Shown piece by piece: positions 49,761 to 62,964 of a stretch of DNA of 64,000 nucleotides. Position 1 is the stretch's first letter. Every line of letters begins with the position of its first letter. Under the pieces are notes generated by a model, which worked only from the letters and a program-made list of their open reading frames with translations, was not told the origin of the DNA and did not search any database. This DNA is from Prorocentrum cordatum (Eukaryota), in NCBI GenBank assembly GCA_963575745.1, contig CAUYUJ010000092.1, forward strand, positions 1 to 64,000, given 5' to 3'. The translations under genes were made by a program, and so were the position numbers.

Positions 49761-50192
49761 AAAATAAAACATTCCTATCAGTAATAATGGCGATCATGAT
49801 ATTCCGAATGATGGTAATAAAAGAATAAGACGGATATGAAGACGAATGATAATAAGAATAGTCGTAATATTAAGAAGAAGAATGATAAGAAAAATAATAA
49901 TAAGAAGAGGGCCAGAGGAAGGGAAGATGTAAAGGAGGGGCAGAGAGGGAGAGAGGAGAAGAAGGGAGGAGAGGGAAGGAGGAGATGGAGGCAGGATAGG
50001 GAGGAAGGAGAGGGAGGGAGGGACGAAGGAAGCGGCGTCGCCTCTGCCGAGATCCCCGGGCCCTCGTCCTGCGGAATGGGGGGGAGAGAGACCGAACAAC
50101 ACAAAAAAAGCCTGCGCAGGGCGGCGAGCGGCGCGGCGTGGCCCCTCTCCGGGCCTGGCCAGGCAAGGAGAGCGTAGAACGCCGCGTAGGGC

Positions 50193-51305
50193 TCTCCTTC
50201 TCCTCCTCCTCCTCCTCGTCCTCGTCCTCCTCCTTCTCCTCCCCCTCCCCCTCCCACTCCTCCTCCTCCTCCTCCTCCTCCTCCTCCTCCTCCTCCTCCT
50301 CCAGCTCCTCCTCCCCTCCCCCCCTCCCCCTCCCCCTCCCCCTCCCCCTTCCCCTCCTCCTCCTCCTCCTCCTCCTCCTCTCTTCCTCCTCCTCCTCCTC
50401 CTCCTCTCCTCCTCCTCTCCCTCCTTCTCCTCCCCCTCCTCCCCTCTGCCTCCTCCTCTCCTCCTCCTCCTCCTCCTCCTCCTCCTCCTCCTCCTCCTCC
50501 TCCTCCCCCCTCCGCCTCCCCTTCCTCCTCCTCCCTCCTTCCTCCTCCTTCCTCCTCTTCCTCCTCCCTTCCTCCTCCCTCCTCCTCCTCCTCCTCCTCC
50601 TCTCCTCCTCCTCCTCCTCCTCCTCTTTCTCCTCTCCTCCTCCTCCTCTCCTCCTCCTCCTCCTCCGCCTTCTCCTCCTCCTCCTCCTTCTCCTCCTCTT
50701 CGCCCTGGCCCGGCAAGGAGAGCGTGAAACTCCGCCGAAGCCCCGGGCGTCGGGGCCGCGCCCGCGGAGCCCCTCTGGGCCACGCGGGCGTCCGGAGGCC
50801 CTGCCAAGAACAGGGCTCGGAGTGGCCCGGGCCTCCGAGGGGGGATCCCCCTGGGCCGCCGACGGGTCGGGGATCGAGGAGGGGGAGCGAGGAGGAGGAG
50901 GAGGAGGAGGAGGAGGAGGAGGAGGAGGAGGAGGAGGAGGAGGAGGAGGAGGGGGGAGGAGGAGGAGGAGGAGGGAGGCAGAGAGGAGGAGGGGGAGTAG
51001 TAGAAGGAGGATGAGGAGGAGGAGGAGCAGGAGGAGGAGGAGAGGAGGAGGAGGAGGAGGAGGAGGAGGAGGGAGGAGGGGGAGGAGGAGGAGGAGAGGA
51101 GGAGGAGGAGGAGGAGGAGGAGGAGGAGGAGGAGGAGGAGGAGGAGGAGGAGGAGGAGGAGGAAGGAGGAGAGAGGAGGGAGGAGAGGAGGAGGAGGAGG
51201 AGGAGGAGGAGGAGGGGAGGAGGGGAGGAGGAGGAGGAGGAGGAGGGAGGAGGGGAGGAGGAGGAGGAGGAGGAGGAGGAGGAGGAGGAGGAGGAGGAGG
51301 GAGGA

Positions 51306-51337
<32 letters not shown>

Positions 51338-51612
51338 GAGGAGGAGGAGGAGGAGGAGGAGGAGAGGAGGAGGAGGAGGAGGGAGGAGGCAGGAGGAGGA
51401 GGCAGGAGGCAGGAGGCAGGAGGCAGGAGGCAGGAGGCAGGAGGCAGGAGGGCAGGAGGCAGGAGGCAGGAGGAGAGTGGAGGAGGAGGAGGAGGAGGAG
51501 GAGGGAGGAGGAGGAGGGAGGAGGAGAGGAGGAGGAGGAAGAGGAGGAGGAGGGGGAGGAGAAGGAGGAGGAGGAGGAGGAGAAGGGAGGAGGAAGAGGA
51601 GGAGGAGGAGGA
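50193..51612. repeat. (CCT)n - ~180-bp spacer - (GGA)n inverted microsatellite pair
   Basis: CCT tract 50193-50700, GGA tract 50878-51612. Confidence 0.9.
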
Positions 51613-51939
51613 ATAGGAAGAGGACCAGCGCAAACCCAAGACTCATCAACGATGTTGTAGTAAACCCTCCCTCCGAGCTCCCTTCTCATAGGCCCCTTAT
51701 AAGGGTTCATGCCCACTGAGGGAACTGCCTCGTTGGGAGACCGCCGTTTGAAGACCCTGAAGCATGCCAAAACACCATTGTCGGGACTCCAACGCCACGG
51801 ATCAACCTGACTGTTGCGTCTTGACTGAATCGCGCCAGAACGCCGTTCCTGGGACTTTACCTCTGCAGATCAACGTAATCGCTGCACCCTCACAATCCTG
51901 AATCCCTCCTAAACACAGTTTCTGGTACGTTGACCATTG

Positions 51940-52178
51940 GAACCCGTGAAACTCTTGCAAGTCTTAGGAACGAATGCGCGGCGCTACGGCAATAACCACA
52001 TTTTGAAAACGAGCCACCCTCAATCCGTGAAACTCTTGCAAATGTTCAAGACGAGTGTGCACGGCGTAAGGGCGAAAGCCATATTTTGAAAACGAACCAC
52101 CCTGAATCCGTGAAGCTCTTGCAGATTTGAAAACGAATGTGCGCTGTGCTAAGGCGAGAGCCACAGTTTGAAAACCAC
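51940..52178. repeat. ~82-bp degenerate tandem repeat, 3 copies
   Basis: ccgtgaa-ctcttgca...tttgaaaac recurs at ~51944, 52024 and 52107. Confidence 0.75.
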
Positions 52179-52319
52179 CCGCTCTCCATGTGTGAACTGT
52201 TGCCAACGTTTAAGCTTCAGGGTCATCTATGGTGAGGGAAGTCTCAGGCGAAACGCCCGGCCCGCCCTTTCGACCGGCCTCGGGGTGCGACAGGGAGGAG
52301 CTATTTGACAGGGAATGGA

Positions 52320-53155
52320 GGAGGAGAAGGAAGAGGGATAGGTGGGAGGAGCAGGAGGAGGAGGAGGAGGAGGAGGAGGAGGACGAGGAGGAGGAGGAGG
52401 AGGAGGAGGAGGAGGAGGAGGAGGAGGAAGAGGAGGAGGAGGAGGAGGAGGAGGAGAGGGAGGAGAGAGAGGAAAGAGGAGAGAAGTAGAGGAGAGAGGA
52501 GAGAGGAGAGAGGGGAGAGGAAAAGAGGTGAGAGGTGTGAGGAGAGAGGAGAGAAGAGAGAGGAGAGAGAGGAGAAGAGGAGAGAGAGAGAGAGGAGGAG
52601 GAGGAGGAGAGCAGGAGGAGGAGGAGCAGAGGAGGAGGAGAGGGAGGAGGAGGAGGTGGAGGAGGAGGAGGAGGAGGAGTTCTTGCAACATCAACAGGTG
52701 AACGCACGGCAGCAACAACGGGTGCTGCTGCCAAAAAGCTGTGACCCTTCCGAAGGTGCGCGCTGAGCACCTGCGCAAGCCCAGCGCCACCAAAGAACAG
52801 GCACAGGAAACGGGATGTGTATGGTCTGTCCAGAGCCCGCCTGAGGAGGGGAAGGAGGAGGAGGAGGAGGAGGAGGAGGAAGAAAAGGAGGAGGAAGAAA
52901 AGGAGGAGGAGGAGAAGGCGGAGGAGGGGGAGGCGGAGGGGGAGGAGGAGGAGGAGGAGGAGGAGGAGGAGGAGGAGGAGGAGGAGGAGGAGGAGGAGGA
53001 GAAGGGGGAGGCCGAGGAGGAGGAGGAGGTCGATGATGATGCTGCTGATGATGATGATGCTGATGATGATGCTGCTGATGATGTAGATGAGGAAGAAGAT
53101 GATGATGATGATGATGATGTTGATGATGATGATGATGATGACCATGATGATGACC

Positions 53156-53227
<72 letters not shown>

Positions 53228-54965
53228 GTGATGAGGAGGATGATGATGATGATGCTGCTGATGATGATGGTGATAATGATGATGATGATAATGGTGATGA
53301 TGATGATGAGGATGATGATGATCATGATGATGATGTCGATGGTGATGGTGATGATAATAATGGTGATGACGCTGATGATGAGGATGATGATGATGAACAC
53401 GATGATGATGATGATGATGATGATGCTGATGATGATGATGATGGTGGTGATGATGATGATGATGATGGTGGAAAGGATGATGAGGATGATGATGACGATG
53501 ATGAGGATGGTAGTGGTGGTGATAATGATACTGGGGATACTGATGGTGGTGGAGGAGGCCGATTATGATGATGCTGATGATACTGATACAAATAATGATG
53601 ATGCTGAGGATGATGAGGTTGATGTTGATGTTGATGATGATGATGTTGATGATGATGATGATGCTGATGACGATGATGATGCTGATGATGATGGTGTTGT
53701 TGTTGATGATGATGATGATGAAGATGCAGAAGATGAGGATGATGAGGAGGATGAGGATGAGGATGAGGATGAGGATGAGGATGATGCTGATGATGATGAT
53801 GATGATGATGATGCTGATGCTGATGCTAATGCTAATGCTAATGCTTATGATTATGCTGAGTATGCTCTTGCTGATGCTGTTGATGCTGCTGCTGCTGCTG
53901 CTGCTGCAGAGGAGGAGCAGGAGGAGGGGATGCCGAGGAGGAGGAGGAGGAGGAGGAGGAGGAGGAGGAGGAAGAGGAGGGGGAGAGGGAGGGGGAGGGG
54001 GAGGGGGTGGCGAGGAGGAGGAGGAGGAGGAGGAGGAGGAAGAGGAGGAAGAGGAGGGGGAGGGGGAGCGGAGGGGGGGGCCGAGGAGGAGGAGGAGAGG
54101 AGGAGGGGAGGAGGAGGAGGAAGGAGCAGGAGCAGGAGCAGGAGCAGCAGCAGCAGCAGCAGCAGCGCAGCAGAGGAGGGAGGAGGAGGAGGAGGAGGGA
54201 GGAGGAGGAGGAGGAGAGGAGGGGAGGGGGAGGTGGGAGGGGGTGGCCGAGGAGGAGGAGGAGGAGGAGGAGGAGGAGGAGGAGGAGGAGGAGGCGCAGG
54301 AGCAGGAGCAGCAGCAGGAGGAGCAGGAGGAGGAGAAGGAGGAGGAGGAGGAGGAGGAGGAGAAGAGGAGGGGGAGGGGGAGGGGGAGGGGTGGCCGAGG
54401 AGGAGGAGGAGGAGGAGGAGGAGGAGGAGCAGCAGGAGGGAGGAGGAGGAGGAGGAGGAGGAGGAGCAGCAGGAGCAGGAGCAGGAGCAGCAGCAGGAGG
54501 AGCAGGAGCAGGAGGAGGAGGAGGAGGGAGGAGGAGGAGGAGGAGGAGGAGGAGGGGAGGGGGAGGGGGGGGGAGGCCGAGGGGGAGGGGGAGGAGAGGA
54601 GGAGGAGGAGTGGAGGAGGAGGAGGAGGAGGAGCAGGAGGAGGAGGGGAGGAGGAGGAGGAGGAGGAGGAGGAGGAGGGGGGAGGAGTAGGAGGAGGAGG
54701 AGGAGGAGGAGGAGGAGGGGAGGAGGAGGAGGAGGAGGAGGAGGAGGAGAGGAGGAGGGAGGAGGAGGAGGACGAGGAGGAGGGAGGAGGAGGAGGAGGA
54801 GGAGGAGGAGGAGGGGAGGGGGAGAGGAGGAGGCCGAGGAGCGGGAGGAGCGGGAGGCCGAGGAGGAGGAGGAGGAGGAGGAGGAGGAGGAGGTGGAGGA
54901 GGAGGAGGAGGAGGAGGAGGAGGAGGAGGGGGAGGAGGAGCAGCAGCAGCAGCAGCAGCAGGAGG
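52320..54965. repeat. Compound (GGA)n/(GAT)n microsatellite region with a small unique island at ~52680-52840
   Basis: Direct reading. Confidence 0.9.
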
Positions 54966-56891
54966 GCAAGAAGCGGCAGGAACATAAAATGGTGGAGCTC
55001 CGCGCGGATCTCTCGGATCGGCGCCAGGCCCTTAGCTCTCCGGCGCGCGGAGCGCGCACGGGGACGGGGCGACGGAGGCGCCTCCAGAGAGGGGCGAGAA
55101 AGGCAGGAGCATAGACTTGTGGAACTCCGCGCGGGTGTCTCGGATCGGGGCCAGGCGGAGGGGGGGGGCGCAGATCCAAGAAATCCGAGCGGGGGGCTCC
55201 GAGAGTTTTTGCTTGTGCCCCCTGTTTTCCCTCGAATAACCTCCGACCTCCCCGACCCGCGACCCCCGCGCCCGCGCCTCCAAGGAGTCCCTTTACAGGA
55301 CAGACAGGGCAGCCCGAAGATGCAGCGTAAGTCACATTCTCGACCTCTATCTCCTCGATCCTCCTCGACTTACCTCCTCGACCTCCTCGACCTCGACCTC
55401 CTCGACCTCCGCCTCCCAAGGAGTCCCCCCTCCCCATCCCCGACATCCTCGCCATCCATCTTCGAAAGAAGGCCCCCGCCTCCCAAGAAGCCCCAGCGCC
55501 CCCCTCGCAGCCACCACCTAGAGATCTCGCTCCGCCTCGGTGCCGCCGCGCGTGCAGCTGCCACCACTTTCGTGTGTCCGTGGAGGGGCTCAGCGGAGTG
55601 CGACCATGTGCAGATCCAGATATCGTCGGCGTGCCCAGGGGGAGGTGAGAAGGGGCGGGCCTTCTCAGAAGAGTTTTGCAAAGCCCCGCCGCCTTCTTCT
55701 GAGAAGGCCTGCTCCTTCTCACTTCCCCCCTGGGCGCACCGCCGAAAATGAGCGACGAAAAGTAACAGGTCTTACGCGAGAAGACATCGCGAACTTATGC
55801 TGCGGCTCAAGCGGGACGCCAGCGAGGCACTCTACATTGGAGACGAGGGCGCTTCCGCGCGACCTCCGCGGGAAGCTTACGCGCGAATGTCGGCGCAGTC
55901 GACCACGCTTTCTTTCGTCACTCAAATGAGATCTTGATCCTCCGACCCAGTCTACTCGGAGCCAATTTGTAGGAACGAGGAAAAGCAGCAGCACCACCAC
56001 CACCAGGGACCACCAGCGGGAGGAGCGGGGGGGGGGGTCCCCTGGTGGTGTAGTCTCCCCCTCTCGCTCGAGACATCCCCCATCTCCAGCTCGGGGAGGC
56101 ATCGTGGACCACCTCGCTGGAGCTAACCCCATTGCTGGTGGTGGTGGTGGTGGTGGTGGTGGTGGTGGTGGTGGTGGTGGTGGTGGTGGTGGTGGCGATG
56201 ATGTCGCTTGTCCTCCCCGCAAATCTGGGAGACTACGAACCCCTGGGCTCTGTAAAAAACAAAAGGTACCAACAATGCCACTACCCGGAACTCTCCCAGA
56301 GTGCGTTCTGGCCAGAATCTCGGAGCGAGTCCAGCCGTGTCGACGAGGGCCTGCCAGGAGGCCCACAAAGGCGACAGCGAGGGAAGGGCAGCGGCATTGG
56401 TTTTGTTCCCCGGAAGTCTCGACCGATTCCCCAGGACCGTTTTTTCGTCCTCGATCGTTTCTTGAGCTAAGGGTCCCATGGGGCCCAACGAGGGGGCCCC
56501 TGTAGAGGCTGAAAACTGCGAAAAACCTCCGTCTTGACTTTTCCAATGCGATGGATCTCTGGGAGCTTCCCGCCCCGATGCGCTCCTCCGGGCCCTCGGC
56601 CCCGCAGCAGGCGCGCGCGGGCGGCGCCCGCGCCAGCAGGCCGGGCGCAACCGGCCGCGGCGGCCGCGGCGGCGGCGAGGCGGCGCGCGGCGGCACGGCC
56701 CCCGGCGGCCCTCGGCCGCGGCCGCGGGCTGTGGCGTCAGCCAGCATGGGGCCGCGCGCGCGCGGCGCGCGGACCGCGCGCGCCGCGCGCCTCGCCGGGC
56801 GACGGCGGCGGCGGCGACGACCATTTTGAGATTGTTCGCTCTTACTGGCACGCGTGTCTTGCATTCTATGTACCCCAACCCTCGACGACGA

Positions 56892-56945
<54 letters not shown>

Positions 56946-58999
56946 AACGCCGACGCCGAGGCCGACGACGAGGCCGCGGTGCGGCGGCGCCGCGCGCGCG
57001 ACAGGCAAGAGGCGGCGAGAACCGCGCGGGGTGCGCGCCGAGGGGCTAGGCCGAGGCGGCGGGCGGGGGAGGGCGGCGGGGGCAGAAACAGCGGCAGGCT
57101 GTGGCGTCAGGGTTGAGAGGTCGGCGGCTAGCCCAGGGGCTACGTTGCTCCCATCGTACTTAAGGACCACATCCCAGGAAAAAAATCGAACACCCAGAAA
57201 AGTGTCGAAACAGTATAGAACGAGTGTCGCCTCCCAGGGCCCGACACGTGAAAACCGTCCAATTTCGGTACTTTCATGGTGCTCGGAATTCTCCGTGGTG
57301 ACCAAGGCTAAAGTAGGCTGGAACATTGTAACTCGGGGGGGAGGTGCGAAGGGGCCCCCCCCCCCCTCATGATCGTTGCCCCTGAAGCGATGCGAGGGAA
57401 GAACCGAAGGCCTTGGCGCGGTGCCCTGAGGCCCGACGTTGCGAACAGCTCGCAGCACCGCGAAGAAGCACGACGGGAGCCCCGTGGACCCCACCTCTCT
57501 GCGGCACGCTGCGAGCCGCAGCGATCTGTGATGGTCCCAGGGCCCGAAGCCGGGCGACCGCGCCCAGTGCGAAAAAGAAGAATTGCAACACAGAGTCACG
57601 ACGTGTGGTCCCCGGGCACTGCTGGCCTCTGGGGGCCCTCGCTGGCCTCTGGGGGCCCTCGCCGGGCCCCCGGACCATCAGGAAACGACTCGGGACGAGA
57701 AGCAGGACCCCGTGCAGGGGTCCAGACCTTCCGGGATCTCGGGAGGGAGAGGGGAGGTCTGGAGAGGGAGTAGGGAAGGGGGAGAGGGAGGGAGGAGGGG
57801 TGAAGGACGGGAGGTCTGGGGAGGGAGGAGGGGTGAAGGGGGAGAGGGAGGGAAGGGGCCGAGGAGGAGGGGGGAGTCCCACCAGCCTGGGCGGAGGTGG
57901 TCTGTTCTGGGGCGCTTCAGCCTTCGGGGGGATTCTGCCTGCTCCCCTGCCCACGCGCCGGAAGACCCTCCCCCTGCCTTCGCATTTTTTTCACAACGTC
58001 GACCCCCAGAGGTCTGGAGCCCTTCACCGGGACCGGTTCTGGGTCCTGCGTCGACGCAGGAAAACAAACGATCGGTTTTTGACGATCCCAAAACAAACGA
58101 TCGCTCTTTGACGATCCTGGAGCCCGGTAAGGGCTCCTGGAGGCCGAAAATAGCAAAAAAGCTCCCGTCGAGATGTTGTTCACAACGCGAGGGGGTCGTC
58201 TGGAATAGGAGAGCCTCCCCTGGGGCCTCTCGGGGTCTCGCGGAGGCTTCTCGGGAGCCTTCGGGCCTCTTGGGGGCCTCCCAGGAGGGCTCTGCGGGGC
58301 GCCTTGGGCCGAGTGTGGCATCAAATACGGATGGTGCTGGTGGCCTTCTAGCGATTTAGAGCAGTTCCAGGGCCCTCTTGTGTCCCACCTGGGGCTCTCC
58401 TGGGGCATCTTTCGGAGCCTCTTGGGCAGTCTTGACATCTCTGGGGTCGTTTTCGGCCGTCTTGGGGCTGCCTTGGGACCGTACTGGGGGCCCTTTGGGG
58501 CTCTCTTGCGCCGTCTTGGCGCGTTCTTGAGGGCCATCTTGGACGGCCTGAAGACAAGGAAGGCGAACGCCAAAAGAACATCAACGATTGGGAGTCCGCT
58601 AGGGGTCGTCTTGGGGCGCGTTGCCAGCCCCTGGGCACGTCTCGAAGGGCACTTGTGGTGCCTTCGGGCCCTGTTTGGCCGTCACAGACTAATCATGCTT
58701 TGTCTTCTCCTGCCGGGTCTTGTCTGGTCTCGTCCTGTCTCCTCCTGGGGCCGTATTGGAGACCTGCCAGGCAAAGACAGGGCCCGTCCCACGCCGACCC
58801 CGTCGCCCACGGACACTTGGAGGGGCTCCTCCTGCCCTGGATCAAAACAGGGCGGCGACCAGCTGGAGCGTCCAAGATGAACTCAGATAGTCCAAGACGG
58901 CCATCTCCAAGAAAGCACAGGATAGCCCAAGATGGCTCAAGATGAAATCCAGAATACTTCCAACAATCCCCAAGACTTGGAGGCCTGGACGGGGGCACA

Positions 59000-59170
59000 G
59001 ACACTGACACAGGGGGCTGCCTCCACAAGGGTAAGCTGATCCTAGATCTCGGTGTTGGTGGTAATAGTTCGGCCACCTTGGAAGCCAGAATATCACCACC
59101 ACCACCGAGACCGGGATCTTCTTCCCTCGGTGGAGGCACACCGCCGACATTGATGTTGGTGTCAACCTCT
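59000..59170. repeat. Palindromic family C, copy 2
   Basis: Homologous to 19415-19590, hairpin retained. Confidence 0.8.
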
Positions 59171-60428
59171 AGGCCTGCGAAAGACGGCTGGGAGCAGCCT
59201 CGGAGCGTCCCGAGGACGTCCCCAGAGGCCAACCGCCACTCAAGACGTCTGCCTCCTCGCCGTCTCGCTTGCTCCCGATGGATTTCTTATGAGCCTAAAG
59301 ATGTCTTCAGGATGGGTCAAGAGAAGACGGTCAGAAGAGCGCCGCCCCGAGAGGGCTCCAAGAAGAGATCTTTCGGGCGCCGAGGGGGGACACCCGCATT
59401 GGGGATCCCCACTTTATTGTAAACCGAATCGTTGGCCACAAGCAAGATAGTTTATGTGTATTGTTAGGTCAGGGGCATGGTTGGGAGGCTGTTGGGCCAA
59501 GATGGCTCCAAGATCCCCCAAGATGCCTCAAGATAGACTCCAGGATCACACAATGTGATACAATGTGGCTCAAGATGGCGTCCTGCGTGCCCCAGATAAT
59601 CCCCAAGACGGCTCCCAGTGGCCTTGGAGCCTGCCCAAGGACATCCCCAAGAGGCCAAAATCAGTCAAAAAACACATGTGTTCCAATGATGTGTGCCGTC
59701 TCACGTTTTGCTTCCGATGGGCTTCTGAAGCCCCCAGATGGTTTCCGGATCACCCACGAGAGACCTTAGAGGGACTCGCAGAGGTCCAAGACGATACCAA
59801 GAGTCCCCCAAGAGCGCCCCAATGCAGTCCCAAGAGACGATTATCTAGCTCCGACTGGACGGAGCTAGTTAGTGCCGCCCCTTATTTGGCCCCAAAGAGG
59901 GCAGCCAGGGCCTCCACGAGGGACCCCAAGAGAGCCCCGAAGGCCTCCCGAAATGGCCCCAACAACTTCCAAAAATAGGCCCGAGAGTTCTTCAAGAGGC
60001 TCCCGGATCAAGAGATCCTCGACGGCCTTTGTGTTGACCTGTCGGTCTGCTCGGGCTGCTCCCGAGCGTCGCCTTGACGGCTGCCCTCCTCGTGATATGT
60101 TCTGCTGCATGCCGACCGCCTCCTCTGGCCAAAGGCAACTCGTAGGGGGATCGCTGTGGATACTCTTTTGGTGATTGCGCGGGCGCGCGAGGCGGGTCGA
60201 ACGCCAGGCAGGCAGGGGGCAGGATGTGCCACCGGCTAAGGGAATCGTTGTGGATACGCGAAGGGCCAACGATAACTAGTGAGGGGAAAGGGAAGGGGAA
60301 GGGAGGAGGAGGGGGGGAGAGGAGTGAGGAGGGAGGCAGGCAGGCGGAGCAGGAAAGAAGAGGAGGAAGGAGGACCCGCAACAACAGGAACTGACCGCCC
60401 CGCGCCCCGCCCCGGCAGGCAGACTCGC

Positions 60429-60494
60429 CACGTCCGCGCAGCCCTTCCAGACGCCGACCCAGTGCTGCACCAGCGGCCCCACGAAGAGCGCCGC
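60429..60494 (-). CDS. Putative micro-exon of a host gene (66 bp; AALFVGPLVQHWVGVWKGCADV if phase 0)
   Basis: CAG|G acceptor, GTG|GCGAGT donor, GC3-rich. Confidence 0.55.
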
Positions 60495-62159
60495 CTGCCG
60501 CCACTATTGTTTTAAACACGCGCCCCGCTCGGGAGGTCCCGAACGAAGTGAACCCCACCTCCTCCCTTAGAAATCGTGGGATGGCCTCCTAGCCACCGGC
60601 TGCCTACCAGACCACCCCAAGCCAACCTGAAGATCCCAATTTCGGGTCGGGGGGGTGCGGTTCCCAGCGTGTTTTTGTCCATGTTCCCCCCGACGCCTTC
60701 CCCCCCCCGATGGGAGTGGAGGGCAGATTGGGGACTTCGGGTTGGGTTGGAGTAGTTTGGTCGGTGGTGAGCCACACCTAGAGCATCGCGAGCCTCCAGC
60801 GGAGGTCGAGCCTCCATGCTGGACGCGCTGTGCCTCCATTCTGTTATGGAAGCTCCCCAGCTCCCCAGCTCCCCTGCTTCCAGAGCGGAGGCTCGACCCG
60901 CAGGTCAAGGATTTGCTGATGTCCTGGGAGATCCACATGGCCTGGAAATGAAACTTCTCGAACACATGCAAAGCACAGAGGCTTCATGCTTTTCTGCCGA
61001 CGACCGCGGTCGGGCTCCGGGAGCGCCGAACACATTTTGGGGCGAAAAACTGTCCCCGGGCACCGTACTCTGCGAGGGCCACAGATATCTGCTCTGCCGG
61101 GGAGGCATGCCTTGCCCCCGAAGTCCGTGGCCCACCGTGGCCCCCCGCCCCCAGCCGAGGCCCTAAAAATTCGGTGGCCCGTCGTGGCCCCCCCTCGCTG
61201 GCTCCCCCGTCGGTGGCCCCCCGGCCGGTGGCCCCCCCGGCCGGTGGCCCCCCCGCTTCGTGGCCCCCCCCCCCCTCGTGAGCTGTACAGAGCTGTTCGG
61301 GGTCTGCTGCCGCGAGGGCGTCGTCTTTGGCGGCTTCCGACCTCCGGGGGGCCCGTCTCCAGCCCCGGGGCCATCAAACAACTCGGAGCCACACAAAAAA
61401 AAAAACCTGAGAGCCGGCGTTGCGAAAAATGTGCGGCATCGCGAAGGATCACTACCAGAGCCCCAGACTCCATGTCTGCCGCAACTTTCGAGCCGCATCG
61501 ATCTGGGATGGTCCCTGGAACCGAAACTGGGCGAAAACACCAGTTGCGGAAAAGTTGCAACGCCCAAATCTCAGGGAAATCCAATCGGAGAGTCAAAGCT
61601 GCCATCGAAATATATCGAACCAGAAGAGATCGGCAGACAGGTCGGGAGGCATCGAGATTGACACCCGGCGGCTGGAGAAGGTCGAGGCCAACAAAGTGAA
61701 ATGCAGAACCGAAGACGGACCTCGGAGTCAACTCAAATCGACACCAGAACCATCGAAATCAAATGGATTCGAGTCGACACATCGGCTGCTGCCAGAAGTG
61801 GTCCTGGCCCAAGGTGTCCTCTCTGGGACCCTCTGGGCCTCGTGACAGGTGCTCTGGAAGGCCGTCGGTGCCCCCCTGGAGATCCTGGGGCACCTTGGGC
61901 CAGGGACACTTCTGGCAATACTCGAGCTTTTTCGTCGGCGGCGAGGCAGAGGCAGTCCGCTCCAGCGTGTGGCTACTTAGCAATACTCGAACACACTCCT
62001 GAAGAGTTGCCCGCAATAGGCAAACAAAAACAGTCCCCGGGATGGGGACGAGCGCTCCAACCAGGCCCCTGCCGTAAGAAAGTCGCGGACGCTGTAGCTG
62101 GAGGCCTGCGAGAGTCGCAAGACTCAGAGACGAAATCGGAAGCCCTGCCCTGCCACGAG

Positions 62160-62340
62160 CTACAGTGGAGGCCAGTCCACAAGAAACCTTCCACAAGAAA
62201 CCGAACCCTGAGACACAAGGGCAACCCTTGATTTTTGGTGTGGGAACGTCACGCCTTCCATAGCAAAAACATCGAAAGCCAAGCAACCCAGGGCACCGTG
62301 GAGGCAAGCAGGGTGTTTATTGGCATGGATCCCCACTGTA
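62160..62340. repeat. Dispersed repeat family A, copy 3
   Basis: Homologous to 15095-15275. Confidence 0.85.
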
Positions 62341-62595
62341 CTGACAACCTACCAAACCACCCCAACCCAACCTGAAGACCCGAATTTCGGATTGGGGGGA
62401 TGCGGGTTCCATATGTGTTGTCTCAGTAATCCCCCATATGTGTTGTCTCAGTGTTCCCCGACACCCCCCCCACTGGAAATGGAGGGCACATTGAGGCCAT
62501 CGGGGTGGCCTGGGGTGGTCTGGCGGGTGGCGAAACGCTACCTCCCCACCCTCCCGCCGTCAGTGCGAGGCAGCACACGCACGCCCGCAGCGTGC

Positions 62596-62648
62596 CGCCC
62601 AGCCCGAGGCCCAGCAGCTCCACCAGGGTGAGGCCGCCGTCGACCCGC
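62596..62648 (-). CDS. Putative micro-exon of a host gene (RVDGGLTLVELLGLGLG)
   Basis: AG|G acceptor, G|GCACG donor, GC3-rich. Confidence 0.45.
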
Positions 62649-62817
62649 CTCTGCGCGGCGCGGGCCGCGCGGGCGCCGCCGCGGACCCCGCGCGGGCCGC
62701 CTCTGCGCGGCGCGGCGGCGGCGCACCAGGGCCGCGGCGTGGCGCACCGGCACGCCACCGCGCACCGTCGGCGCGCCCTGGCGCGTCGGCACCGCGAGGT
62801 GCGCCAGCGTGCGCAGA

Positions 62818-62964
62818 CGAGCGCGTTCCACGACTCGCAGAGCAACTTTGCTCGCAGAGGACCTGGATACGCCGCGGGGGATCTACGACAAATTACCTCG
62901 AAGCAGGCATGTGTTTTGTCAGACGTTTGCGAATAGGCACTCTGCGAGTCGTGGAACGCGCTCG
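62818..62964. repeat. MITE-like family D with perfect 25-bp terminal inverted repeats (diverged copy at ~25080-25215)
   Basis: cgagcgcgttccacgactcgcagag / ctctgcgagtcgtggaacgcgctcg. Confidence 0.82.

Noticed and set aside
51940..52178. Repeat-spacer-like array
   Set aside because: The apparent spacers are homologous to each other, so it is a degenerate tandem repeat
49778..55751. Poly-P/S/L/E/G/R ORFs
   Set aside because: (CCT)n/(GGA)n microsatellite artefacts
58925..59580. TGGCTCAAG matches as spliced-leader relics
   Set aside because: Embedded in CCAAGATGGC-rich low-complexity sequence; too short to be meaningful
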